Assembly (NCBI GenBank): GCA_000388065.2
Contig: KB932204.1
Reading direction: 5' to 3' (one strand)
DNA from: Fonticula alba ATCC 38817
Taxonomy: Eukaryota; Protista; Nucleariida
DNA: 40,087 nt
Part shown: positions 20,964 through 31,773 of the stretch, one piece after another
Layout of the letters: every line of letters starts with the position of its first letter
Position numbering within the stretch: position 1 is the stretch's first letter
The notes under the pieces: generated by a model
Told to the model about the DNA's origin: nothing
The model's input: the letters and a program-made list of their open reading frames with translations, nothing else
Database searches by the model: none
Program-made: the position numbers and the translations under genes

Positions 20964-22253
20964 ATGGGCGCAAGGGCTTCCAGCGCGACTTCCGGCACGA
21001 CCTCCAGCCTGAGGGCGGTTGGCGTGCAGACGGACATCCTCCAGGCATTGGACCAGGTCCCCCTGGAGCGGCCCCTGTCGGGGGTCGGCGAGCGCATCAT
21101 CGCGGGGTTCCTGCTGAGCGCCGCGGCCGATGCGATTGGCTTCCGGAATGGCCATTTCGAGTTTAACCCCTCCAGCGAGCGGATTCTGGCCGAGGTGGCG
21201 GCCATGGGCGGGCCGTTGGGCATCTCGCTCGATCCGCGGAGCTGGCTGATCAGCGACGACACGGTCATGCAAATGGCCACCGGGTCGGCCCTGCTGGCGG
21301 CCCTGCACCCGGGCCCCTCGGAGTCCGGGCTGCTGACGGACCGGGGCGACTGGCGCGCGGCCCTGGCGTCCATCATGCCGACCATGGCCCAGGCGTATGT
21401 CGAGTGCCTGGCGGACACCTCCGACCGGGCCTTCGGCTTGCAGACGATCCACGCGCTGAAGGGCCTGAGCCAGCGCCTGGCCGCCGGCGAGGCCGGGCCC
21501 ATGGGCTTGGCGGCGGAGCCGAGCCCGCGTGCGGGTGGCTGCGGGGCGGCCATGCGCTCCGCGTGCATTGGCGTCCTCTTCCCCTTTGCGCGGTATCCCC
21601 GGACGCTGGTGGCCCTGGCGGTGGAGTCCGGCCGGTTGACGCACAACCACCCGGTTGGCTTCCTGGGGTCGGTGGCGTCGGCGCTCTTCACCTCGCTGGC
21701 CTTGGATGATGCGGTGCCGGTGACCGACTGGGCGCTGGTCCTGCTGGAGGAGGCGCTGCCGCTGGCGCGCGAGCACCTGTCGGACTTGCGTTCCGCCGGG
21801 GACCTGGCCCCGGAGGAGCATGACTTCCTGGCGGACTTCGCCTACTTCGAGACGCACCTCCGGGAGTATGTGGCCCGGCGGGGGCTGTCCCGCGACCGGC
21901 CCGGGGCCGTTACCTTCCCGGAGGACTTTGCCGAGCCGGCCGCGCGCGACCGGCACTTCAAGGCCATCAGCTTCTCGGGCTTCGCCGGCGGGTCGGGCCA
22001 CGACGCGGTTTTGATTGCCCTCGATGCGTTGCTCTATTCCGGCGGCCAGTGGGCCACCTTCCTGGAGGTGGGATCGCTGCATGGCGGCGACAGCGACTCG
22101 ACCGGTGCCATCGGGGGCTTCTGGTTCGGGGCCCGGTATGGCGCGGCCCAGGTCCCGGCCGGGCACATTGGGCCCGCGCATCTGGAATACCACGAGCCGC
22201 TGACCCGGCTGGCGGCCGGGGTGGCCGCGTGTGTCGAGATCCCGGAGGTATGA
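20964..22253 (+). CDS. ADPRH: ADP-ribosylarginine hydrolase (ARH1-like), about 429 aa, single exon
   Basis: The sequence is colinear with human ARH1 motifs: LSAAADAIGFRNGHFEF, ISDDTVM, GGCGAAMR, ESGRLTHNHPVGFLG, SGHDA and HGGDSDSTGAI, including the Mg-binding SDD and DSDS residues. The likely start is ATG 20964 (MGARAS). The ORF-track start at 20760 is a non-ATG upstream extension. Confidence 0.93.
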   Translation: MGARASSATSGTTSSLRAVGVQTDILQALDQVPLERPLSGVGERIIAGFLLSAAADAIGFRNGHFEFNPSSERILAEVAAMGGPLGISLDPRSWLISDDTVMQMATGSALLAALHPGPSESGLLTDRGDWRAALASIMPTMAQAYVECLADTSDRAFGLQTIHALKGLSQRLAAGEAGPMGLAAEPSPRAGGCGAAMRSACIGVLFPFARYPRTLVALAVESGRLTHNHPVGFLGSVASALFTSLALDDAVPVTDWALVLLEEALPLAREHLSDLRSAGDLAPEEHDFLADFAYFETHLREYVARRGLSRDRPGAVTFPEDFAEPAARDRHFKAISFSGFAGGSGHDAVLIALDALLYSGGQWATFLEVGSLHGGDSDSTGAIGGFWFGARYGAAQVPAGHIGPAHLEYHEPLTRLAAGVAACVEIPEV

Positions 22254-22680
22254 GATTCGTGCTGGGCCGTGTCCCGGGCAAGTGCCCGATGTCTGCGGGT
22301 ATTCGGCGGGGTTTCCCCCCCCTCCGGTATCAGCATGGCTGTCCCGTGTGCAGTCTTGTGCAATGTGTATGAATGTATGTATATATGCATGTGTGTGTGT
22401 CTCATACAAGTGGAGGTCTGCATAGGTGCCTCCCTCTCTCCGGCGACCTCTGCGGTCGATTGTCTGTTGCCCCTTTCTGCCGTGCCGTGCCCTGCATGTT
22501 CACCTACTACGGGGGGGGGGATTGACAAATGTACTGAAGGTGTATTTCCCGTCCCCTGCACATCTTTCTCTTCGTCTCTCTCTCTCTCTCTCTCTCTCAC
22601 GGACGGTCCGTGGCGGGGTCATGGGTGCCAGGCAGGGTGCAGCCATGGCGGCATGTGGCGGGGGCAGGAACGGCAAGGAC

Positions 22681-25600
22681 TCACGGGGATGGCGCGTCGG
22701 CGATCTGCGCAACCAGTTTGGCCACCTGATCGGCGGTAGGCCGGTGCTCGGGCTCGGTGGCCAGGCACCGCTCGACCACGTCCCGGAGCCGGAGCATGGG
22801 CTCCGGCTTGTCGAAGAGCCCCTCCTCTTCGACGTCCAGGAGGGCCAGCCGCTCGCCGGACCGGACCAGCTGCTCGATCTCCTGGTAGTTGAGCGGTCCC
22901 CAGGGGAGCTGCGAGCCGGCGGTGCAGGGGGGGGGGGGGGGGGGCGCGGGGGGTGCAGAGGGTCGCGGCGTGAGTGTGCGCGCGGGGAGAGACAGGGCAA
23001 GGAGCAGCAGCAAACACGGGGCATGGAGGCACAAATATGGCCGGCCATGGGCAGGCTCGATCGGGAGACATGTGCCAGGTACGCACCTGGCGAGAGATGA
23101 TCTCATAAAACAGGACCCCCAGGGCGTAAACGTCGCTTTGGAGATCCTGCTCGAAGGGCCACTGGCCGCCTCCGCTCTGGGCAGCCGGGCGGCGGGGCCA
23201 AGCCGAGGGGGCACATTGGGAAGGAAACCGATGGCGAGGATGATGCAGTGTACATGTGCGTATGTGAGGAGAATGGCCCGGCGCGCCGGTGGCAATGGAG
23301 CGGATGCAGTTGAGAAAGGAAAAGAGGAAGAAGCGGGCGGGCCGGCCGGCCAAGCACCTGGGCGTATGACCGGGAGAAAACCTCCGGTGCGGCATAGCGC
23401 GGCGAGAAGCCAGCCACCAGGACCATGTCGGTGGCGCTGGAGGCACTGAGGGCCGGGTTGGCCGGCGACCCCGGGGGCGTGTGGGGGGTGGTGGTTTGGG
23501 GGGGGGGGCATGGTGGCCATTTGGGCGCATGCGCCAGGGCGCGCATGCACATGCATGTTTATGCATGTCTGGGTGTTAGGGGCGGTGGGCTGGGCAGGGA
23601 GGGCAATGTGGGCGCGAATGCGTGCGCAACCGGCCGGCGGCCGGCGAGGCGGATGCCCGCCACCCGGCCACCCGGCCACACAGGGTCACGGCCGGGACGT
23701 ACGTGGTCCGAGCCAGGCCGAAGTCGCAGAAGGCCGGCTCTAGGTAGGCGGCCGCGGGGGGCGCCTGGCCGGGCCGAGGCACCGGCTGCCGGAGGAGCAC
23801 ATTGGCGCTCTTGATGTCGCGGTGGGCGATGCCAAGGAAGTGCATGCCGGCCACGGCGCCGGCCAGGCACCGGGCGTGGTGCAAAATCTCGCCCACCGGC
23901 AGCCGCGGGATGATGGGGGCCGGAGGGGCCGGGCCGTCGGGCCCGGCGGCGCGGATGGCCTCGGCCGCGGCCAAATGCGCCGGCGACCGGTGCAGGTACC
24001 GGTACATGTCGGTGTCGTACAGGTGGGTGACGATCATCGGCGGATCGGTGGTATACCCGACCAGGGGGACGATGTTGCTGTTGAAGGACAGCGACCACAT
24101 GATGGCGATTTCCTGGCGGAAGCGCTGGGTCAGGTACTTCTCCTGGCGCCGGCGCTGCTGGGAGAAGGCCCACCACCGGGACCCGGGGGCGGCCGGGGGG
24201 AGGGCGGCCCCGGGCCCGGCGGCCAACGGCCCGCCCCCGCCGGCGGTCCCCTGCGGCGCCATGCGCTTGGCGGCCACCAGCTCGGACCCCACCCGGCGGA
24301 CGATCTCCGGGTCCAGGAGCCGAGCCCGGAGGACCATCCCGGTGGCGCCCTTGCCCACTCGGTCCAGGAGCTCCAGCTGCCGGGCCTCCCCGGTGGCCAC
24401 CATCTCCAGGAACCCGGGCACCGAGATGGTTTCGAAGGTGTTGAGCACGGTGTCCAGCTGGCCGGGCCCGAGGGCCCCGGTGCCAAGGGCCCCCTCGGCA
24501 TCGGCCGCAAGCCAGGACACATCGGGCATCTTTTCCCCGGGCAAGGCCCCCTGACGCAGGCAGGCCTGGTATTGGGCCGCACCGTCGGCCAGGGCGGTGG
24601 CGGTGGCGGCGGCGGCGGCGGCGGCGGCGACATGGCGTGCGCGCCGCCGGCGCCCGGCCGCCGACACGGCCAGCCCGGCCGCCGCGGCCACCATGGCCAG
24701 GCCCCCGGCCAGGGCCACCAGGACCGGCAGCAGGGCGCCCCCGCTCCGCCCGGGCACTTGGCCCACCGTGAAGTCAAACAGCAGCCCGGTGCGCTCCCAG
24801 GTGTCGGCCACCAGGAGCGACCCGGAGAACACCTGTGCCCGGAAGGCCCCGCCTCGGTAGAGGGTGGCGTTGAGGCTCAGCCGGGGCTCCTCCCGGATGA
24901 ATGTCTCCCCGACGGCCGGGCCTGGGGGGGTGTCCTCGCGAGCCGCGGCCAGGCCGGCGGCCGGGCCCCCTTCCGGCAGGGGCTCCAGTACCACCAGGTA
25001 CTGGTCCGCATCGGGCGACGGGTCCCACCGGAGGAGGAGCACCTCATCGGCGGCCAGCTCCACCGTGTACCGGGGCCCCGGCGGCCGGGGGAGTGTCCGG
25101 CGCTGGAGAAGCAGCCCCTCCTCCAGCCGGGGGATCGGCATGCGGGGCGTGGCCTCGGTCGGGCTGGCCGAGCCGCTGGCAGCCGAGCCGTGGCCATGGG
25201 TCGAGTCGCTGGCCGAAGTGCCGGCCGGGCCGCCGCCGGGGGCCTCGTCGCCGGGGGCCGCCGGCAGCCGGCGGGCCAGCGCCCGGCCGGGCCGATCGCC
25301 CGACGGCCCCACCTGGGCATCCGGATCGTTGTAGCTCAGCACCAGCTGGTAGAGATCCTCCTGCAGGGCCGGCAGCCCGGTGACATTGTACCGGCCCACC
25401 TCCGGCAGGGCCCCCGGGCCGGAGTGCAGCACGGCCACCGTGGCAAAGGTCAAGGTCCCGGGGATGTGGCGCCGGACTTCGAGACCCGGGGCCAGGGGGG
25501 CCAACCGGGCGGCCGCCCCCTCCGGCAAGCGCCACCGGGCCTGCAGCGTGTCATGGGCCAACGGCTCCAGCTGGAAGGTGGCCATGTGCGGGGTGCTGGT

Positions 25601-27929
25601 CCGGGCCAAGTCCAACTGGCACAGGGCCAGCAGGGCCGCCTCATTCAGCAGGTCCTCCTCCGCCGGCTCCGGGCTGGCGGAGGGGGCTTCCCAACGCCAG
25701 GCATGCGCCGGGCCGTCGCCCAGCCCCGCGACCGGCCGCGGGGCGGCCCACGTCTTGTCCGCCCGGCAGTCCAGCCGGAAGTCCCCGGTGAAGCCAACCG
25801 GACACCGCAGGGCCAGGCTCTCCAGGGTGGGGGTTTCCAAAAAGCGCAGCCCCAGCACCTCGACCTCGGGGCACTGGCGCCGCACGCACCCGGGCCCGGG
25901 CAGCTCCTGCCATTGGTCCTCCTCCGAGCACTCCAGCAGCAGGTCGCCCTCGTGCAGGGGGCCGCAATCGGCCCGCACCGTGTCCCCGGCCACGGCCTGC
26001 TCCCAGCAAATGTGCTCCCGACACTGTGCCGGGCAGATGATGTCTGCGCGATGGGGCGGGGGGGGGNNNNNNNNNNNNNNNNNNNNNNNNNNNNNNNNNN
26101 NNNNNNNNNNNNNNNNNNNNNNNNNNNNNNNNNNNNNNNNNNNNNNNNNNNNNNNNNNNNNNNNNNNNNNNNNNNNNNNNNNNNNNNNNNNNNNNNNNNN
26201 NNNNNNNNNNNNNNNNNNNNNNNNNNNNNNNNNNNNNNNNNNNNNNNNNNNNNNNNNNNNNNNNNNNNNNNNNNNNNNNNNNNNNNNNNNNNNNNNNNNN
26301 NNNNNNNNNNNNNNNNNNNNNNNNNNNNNNNNNNNNNNNNNNNNNNNNNNNNNNNNNNNNNNNNNNNNNNNNNNNNNNNNNNNNNNNNNNNNNNNNNNNN
26401 NNNNNNNNNNNNNNNNNNNNNNNNNNNNNNNNNNNNNNNNNNNNNNNNNNNNNNNNNNNNNNNNNNNNNNNNNNNNNNNNNNNNNNNNNNNNNNNTGTGT
26501 GTGTCTGTGTGTGTGTGTCTGTGTGTCTGTGGACGTGTGAGCGGCCAGGCGAGAAGCCCAGGCCCGGTGACGCACCAGTGCAGCCGCGCGTCATGGGCTC
26601 CCAGGTGCCATCGGCCCGGCAGGCAAGGACAATGTTCCCGTGGAAGCCCGGGTCGCACTTGCCGACCGCGGTCTCCAGCGAGTCTGTCGCCTCGAAGGCG
26701 ATGTGCCGCTCGCGGTGGTCGAAGGCCGGGCAGCGATTGCCTGGGGCCGGAAAGGGGGGGGAGGGGGCGGGGGAGGCCCCGGCCAGTCGTGTTGTCATTG
26801 GGGTCAGTCAGTGGGCTGGCGCTGGCGCTGGCGCGCGTAGCCGGATGGGGCCGCCTGTGCCCGGGGCGCATGTGTGGTCACAGGAGGCCCGGGGGGCCGG
26901 GGGGAAGGAAGCCACGCACGGATGCAGACCCCCTGGTGCTCGGTGAAGTGCGGCAGGCATTCGCACTCGTGCGACTCGGCCCCGCAAACCATGTTCTCAT
27001 CGCGGCACACATCCCCGCGCATCAGAACGGCCGGCGTGCGGAAGTAGGTCATAGGGCCGTAGAAGTTCGGACACCGGACAAAGAACTGCTCGCCGGCGAT
27101 GGGGCCGCGGGCGGGGCATTAGCACGCGGCTGTGGGGAATGACGCCCGGCCAGTGGCAGGGGGAAGATGTAGCCGCCCGGGCGGGCCCGACGCACCTTGC
27201 ACTCGCCGGCCGAGTGGCAAAAGTCCGCCGGCAAGGTCAGGTTGTGGTATTTCGGCGTGATGTCGGGGTTGGCCTCGTCCGAGGCATTGCAGGAGGACGG
27301 CTCGTCCGTGGGTCTGGCCGGCGCCGGGCGCGCGAAGGCGCCCATCCGTGGAGCATGCCCAAGCGACGGGTGTCAGGGGGCGGGGCAGGCAGGCCGGCGA
27401 GCGACTGGTGCAGCCAGGGCGAGCGAGAAAGATACCGAGCGGCAAGGGGAGGTCAAGGTGCGGCGCACTTGTAGTCCGTGTGGAGGAAGCAGTTGAGCCC
27501 GTCGGAGTTGGACCGCAGGACCACCTGGATGGCTGGGTCCATGCACACGCGCACCGGCGGCGGCCCATCATCAAAAGCATCCAGCTGCGGCGAGGGAACC
27601 GGCGGCGGGGAGCGGGGCGGCGGGGGGGGGTGAAAGATCCCGGAACGGGGGTCAGCACGCCCGGCGGGCGGTCAGCGGGGGGGATGTCCCGTCGCGGGGC
27701 GCGGCGGCCGGCCTGCTGTCGCCACTTCCCGGATGCATACCTTCAGGGTGATGTTGAGCAGGAGGTTGTTGAAGTCGTCCAGGATGTAGTGTTCGTTTTT
27801 GTCGGATGCACAGGACACCAGGTCGTAGGGCATGGGTCGCAGCGCCGACCGCGCGGTCTGCAGGAGCACGACCAGCAGCAGGCACCCGAGCGCCGCCCGC
27901 GATGGAGGGCCGCTGCAGCCGGACGTCAT
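22681..27929 (-). CDS. Single-pass receptor-like TKL Ser/Thr kinase (about 1166 aa if no exon lies in the gap; exons 27929-27741, 27584-27469, 27313-27196, 27085-26920, 26740-26576, 26043-23703, 23445-23358, 23176-23087, 22908-22681)
   Basis: The protein has a signal peptide (AALGCLLLVVLLQ), Cys-rich modules, and a TM segment LLPVLVALAGGLAMVAAAAGLAV followed by RRRR. Kinase motifs: GKGATG, VAAK, FRQE, HRDIKSAN, DFG, YAAPE, SDVYALG and RPT. All eight introns are phase-consistent (3501 nt). The intron spanning gap 26067-26495 is phase-compatible with direct splicing. An alternative acceptor for the penultimate exon exists at 23161. Confidence 0.9.
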
Positions 27930-30900
27930 GGCCGCGGGAAAAGGGAGGGGGGGGGGCAGGCACAGAGGTCGGGCCGGGGCAGGGCGGTGAAAGGGGGAGT
28001 GTGCGACAAGGAAGACCCCCGGCCGGGGAGGTGACGCCAGCGCACAAGGTCAAGGGGCGAAAAAAAGCGGGGATGGGCAGCAAAGTGGGCTGGGCGAAAG
28101 TCGGGGGAGGGAGTGTGGGTGGAGACGGCGAGCCGGGTGCGCGCCGGGCGGACCCTGCCCACAATTGAATCGATTGTGGGCCGGCGCACCTCACGACCGC
28201 CGCCATGTGGCAGGCCCGGCCGCCGGGTCCGTCAGTCGCCCGGTGTCCTGGGTGTCCCCCCCCCGCCCCCCCCCCCCCATGCGTCATAAACACCCCCCAC
28301 CAGATGTGTCCTTATTTGTGGGTACGACATCCGGCCGGGGCCGCCGCACACGATCCGGACGTGGCAGGCGTCCATGCGCCGCCCGCTCCCCTTGTCCTCC
28401 GGCCCCAAGCGCGCTGCCAGCCGGGACCTTCGCAACGGTCTAGCCCGGTCGTGGGCCAGGAGCGTATGTGCCAATGCAGGCCCTGGGCCGAGGGGGGGGG
28501 CCTGCCCAGCGGCGGGGCCCTCGGCGTCGGGGCCGACACATGCGAGCGGACATGCGCTCCCTCGGCGCGCCGGCGCCACATGTGTCATCCTCGCCCGGGG
28601 CTGCCTTGGGCCCGGGAGCCGGCGGCAGGCGAAGCCCCGCGAGCATCGGCAGCGGCCGAGCGCACGGCCAGCCGGCCGGATGGCAGGTGGTGCCACGCGC
28701 GACCAGGCGACCCCCCCCCCCCCCGCCGGCCCCCGCGAGGTGCGTGCGCGCGCGCGCGCGCGCCCAAGGAGCCAAGACCAGGGGGGCTCCTGCCCCCGCC
28801 GGCCCGGGGGGGGGGGGCCGCGGGGCGGGACGCGCCGGCGACCGAGGGCGGCCGAGGCACGCGCGCCCCGTCGCATCATTAATTTCCGCCAAGATCCCCG
28901 GGCGCCCTTGGCGCCGGGGGGCGGGGTGCCGCCTGGCGGGCCGGCGCCGGCGTCGACCCTCAGGCACTGGCGGTCCGGATGCGTCACTCCGCGTGGCCGA
29001 CGGTCCTGGCCCGGGGGTCCGGGCATTGGGCATCCCCCCAGGTGGGTGTCGCGCGCGTCACGGCGCCGTCTGGATTGTGCGCAGCTCGGTGCGCCGGCGG
29101 GAGGGGGGGGGGGCAGGGGGCGAGCGCGGTGCGTGCCCCCACGATCTCCCATGGTGGGCCTTGCGGCGCCGGGCGCACCAAATGACTCGCCGGCCGGCCA
29201 GCGCCAGCGAGCCTCGACGCCACGGACGGGGAGGGCATCGCCCCCGGCGACCGGGCCCGGCCCGGGTGCGCGGAAGCCGCATGCTCCCGGGCCCGCCACT
29301 CGCCCCGGCCCCCCCCCCCCCCCCTGCCTGTGGATTGGTGTCGACCGCCTCTGCCTCTCCCGATCCGGGGAGCGCGCGCACGCACGGGCCCGGGGCGGAG
29401 GTGCCGGTGAGTGGAAAAAAAAGGCCCGGCACACATAATGTCTTCTCTCATATATTTCAAAATTATATGGCCCGCCGTGAGATGGGCGGCTGAAGCCCGC
29501 ACACGCTCTTGCCCCACCGCCCATACGCAGTCGCCCCCTCGGCCCCGGCGGGGCCCCCGGGCAGGCTACTGGGGGGGGGCGGGCGGGCAGAGAGCGAGAG
29601 AGAGCGAGGCCTGGAGGGGAAAGGGGACAGGGCGGCTGGGGATGTATAGATGCAAGGACAGCCCGTGCGATGGAGGGGGGGGGGGCGCAGCCCGGGGGCG
29701 CGGGGCAAGTGACGGAGGCATGCGCAGGTAGCGTGGCCCCACGCCCGGGCGCCTCCCTCTCGGTGCCTCGGAGACCGGCGATGAGCAGACACGCCGTGGT
29801 CCGGGACGACGGCCGGGCGGCAGCTGGCTCCTCTAATGGACGTGACCATGGAGCTCTTGATGATAGGACTGGGGAATGGTGCGCTTGCGCGCTAGCTTGT
29901 AGGAGGGCCGCGGGGCGGGCATGGGCGGCACGCAGAAGGAAAAGGGCCTCGCCCGGCATCTGGCGAGGAGGGCGGCTCACACAGGGCAATCGGGGCTCAC
30001 ACCCCGGGCGGGAGTGTGCGGCAGGACCGGAGCAGCTGGACAGGAGCCCTGCGTCGGGGCCCGGGGGGCCGGAGGCCGAGCATGCGATCTCGCATCCGCC
30101 CGATCGGCCCCTCCCGCCCCGATCATCCTCTCTCTCTCTCTCGCGCTCTCTCTTTGCCTCTCTTTCGCGCGGCTCCTCTCCTGGCGCGCCCGTCTATATA
30201 TATATATGGATAAGTGGGGGGCGTGATGGGGAAAAGGAGCCGCGCCGAGGATTAACAAGCCCCGCCCCGGCGCCTCGCTCCCACACCCACACCACCGGCG
30301 GGTGGAGAGTGGGGCGCCGACAAGCGGGCCGAGAGCAGGGGGGGGGACCGCAGGGCAGCGCGTGGGAGCGGAGAAGACGGCGGGCCGTCCCCCCCCCCCC
30401 CGACCGGGAGAGAAATCCAAGCCATGCCCGCCGGCCTGAGGGGGGGGGGGTGGGGGAACTCACGTGTGACAGTTTCCACCGCCATCCCCCGGGCGACTGG
30501 CCGCCATCAGGGGAAAGGCCCCGAAAGCGCGGGCACGGGTGCATGCTCTTTGTCTATGTGCGCGTGTGTGTGGGAATGCACGGGCATTTGCGAGTGTTAG
30601 GGCCGGGCAAATGCATGTGTCGCGGTGCCCGCAGGCATGGGGGGAGCACACAGAAGGGCGGCGGCGGGGGCAGGTTTGACTGGTTGCATGGTGACCCGCC
30701 ACACCCCGTGACTCGGCCCCCCTCGCCGTGCGATGCGCCGCAATATGGCCGAGACTCGGGGGGGGGGCCCTTCGCGCCGGAGGGGGAGCCGCCGTGCCTT
30801 GCTCGCCTGCGCCTGCCCGGTCCCTCCTCGTCCTGCTCCCGACCAGCCCGCGCCCCTGAGAGTATGGGTGCGCGGTGTGCCCCCGGCTGGGCCGAGGCGA

Positions 30901-31773
30901 GCCAGTTGGGGGCCCACAACGCAACCATGGCTCCCTCACTCCCGTGACATGCGCATGCGCGCACAGGCCTCCACGTCTTAGTGCGCACACCCTGCGCCAC
31001 GCGCATATGGGGAAGCAGAGACCGAGAGAGGGAGGCAAGGAGAGAGCGAGGATGGGGCGTACACAATCAGGCACTTTGGCCCTGACTTGCAGACCATAGG
31101 GGGGCGGGGGGGGAGGGGCATATGCGCACCGTTCCCGCCCTCGTAGCGCAGCCCCGGTGGCCTGTTGCGTCGCGGCGAGAACGAGAACGAGAACGGGCCC
31201 GGAGAAGAGTGAGCGAGCGGCGACACATGGTTCGCGGAGCGCGGCCACTGGGGGGTCGGTCCCCCTCGCCCCCTCGACTGCTGCTCTCGTGTGAGCAGGG
31301 CGAGGCGAGGGGCGCGGCAGGGCCACACAGCCCGTCTATCTGCCGATCACACCGACAGCCACGCGCCCACATTCTCCTTCTCCCCGGTCCTCCGCCCGCA
31401 CTTGAGAGGCCCCACGGGGGGGGGGGGGGGACAGGACGGGGCCTGCTTCTCCAGGAAAAGCCCACAACCTGCAGGACGCGCGCTGGCGAGTGCCACCGGA
31501 TGCACGCGGGCGACCCCCTTCTGGGTGTGTCGGTCGCCCCCCTTGCGGCCTTCCCCCCCCCCGCCCTCTTCGTCGGTGGTGACCACACGGCGAGGGCCTG
31601 CGCCTGCGCAGGCACAGCACGCCAGCACAAAGCTCCGGAAGGGGCCGGACGGGGGGGGGGGGGGGGGGGAGCGCGATCGACTGGGCGGCGGCGGTGGCGA
31701 CGACGGCCCAGAGAGCGGCGCAACTACCACTGCTCGGCTGCATGGACGCGCGTGCGCGCACGTGTGCGGTAAC

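Noticed and set aside
22248-22430. Possible extra ARH1 intron (gag|gtatga near 22248 to tag at 22425)
   Set aside because: The ARH1 fold is already complete at the stop at 22253, the donor does not match the local consensus, and the downstream frame runs into repeats and the kinase 3' end.
23700-24400. Kinase as a tyrosine kinase or pseudokinase
   Set aside because: The catalytic loop HRDIKSAN has the Ser/Thr-type Lys, and the VAAK Lys, alphaC Glu, DFG and APE motifs are all intact.
23822-27142. 1106-aa plus-strand ORF and other long antisense ORFs (for example 33283-34893, 18092-19750, 20877-22409, 5066-7216)
   Set aside because: These are shadows of real genes on the opposite strand. GC-rich codon usage suppresses stops, and they contain no domain motifs.
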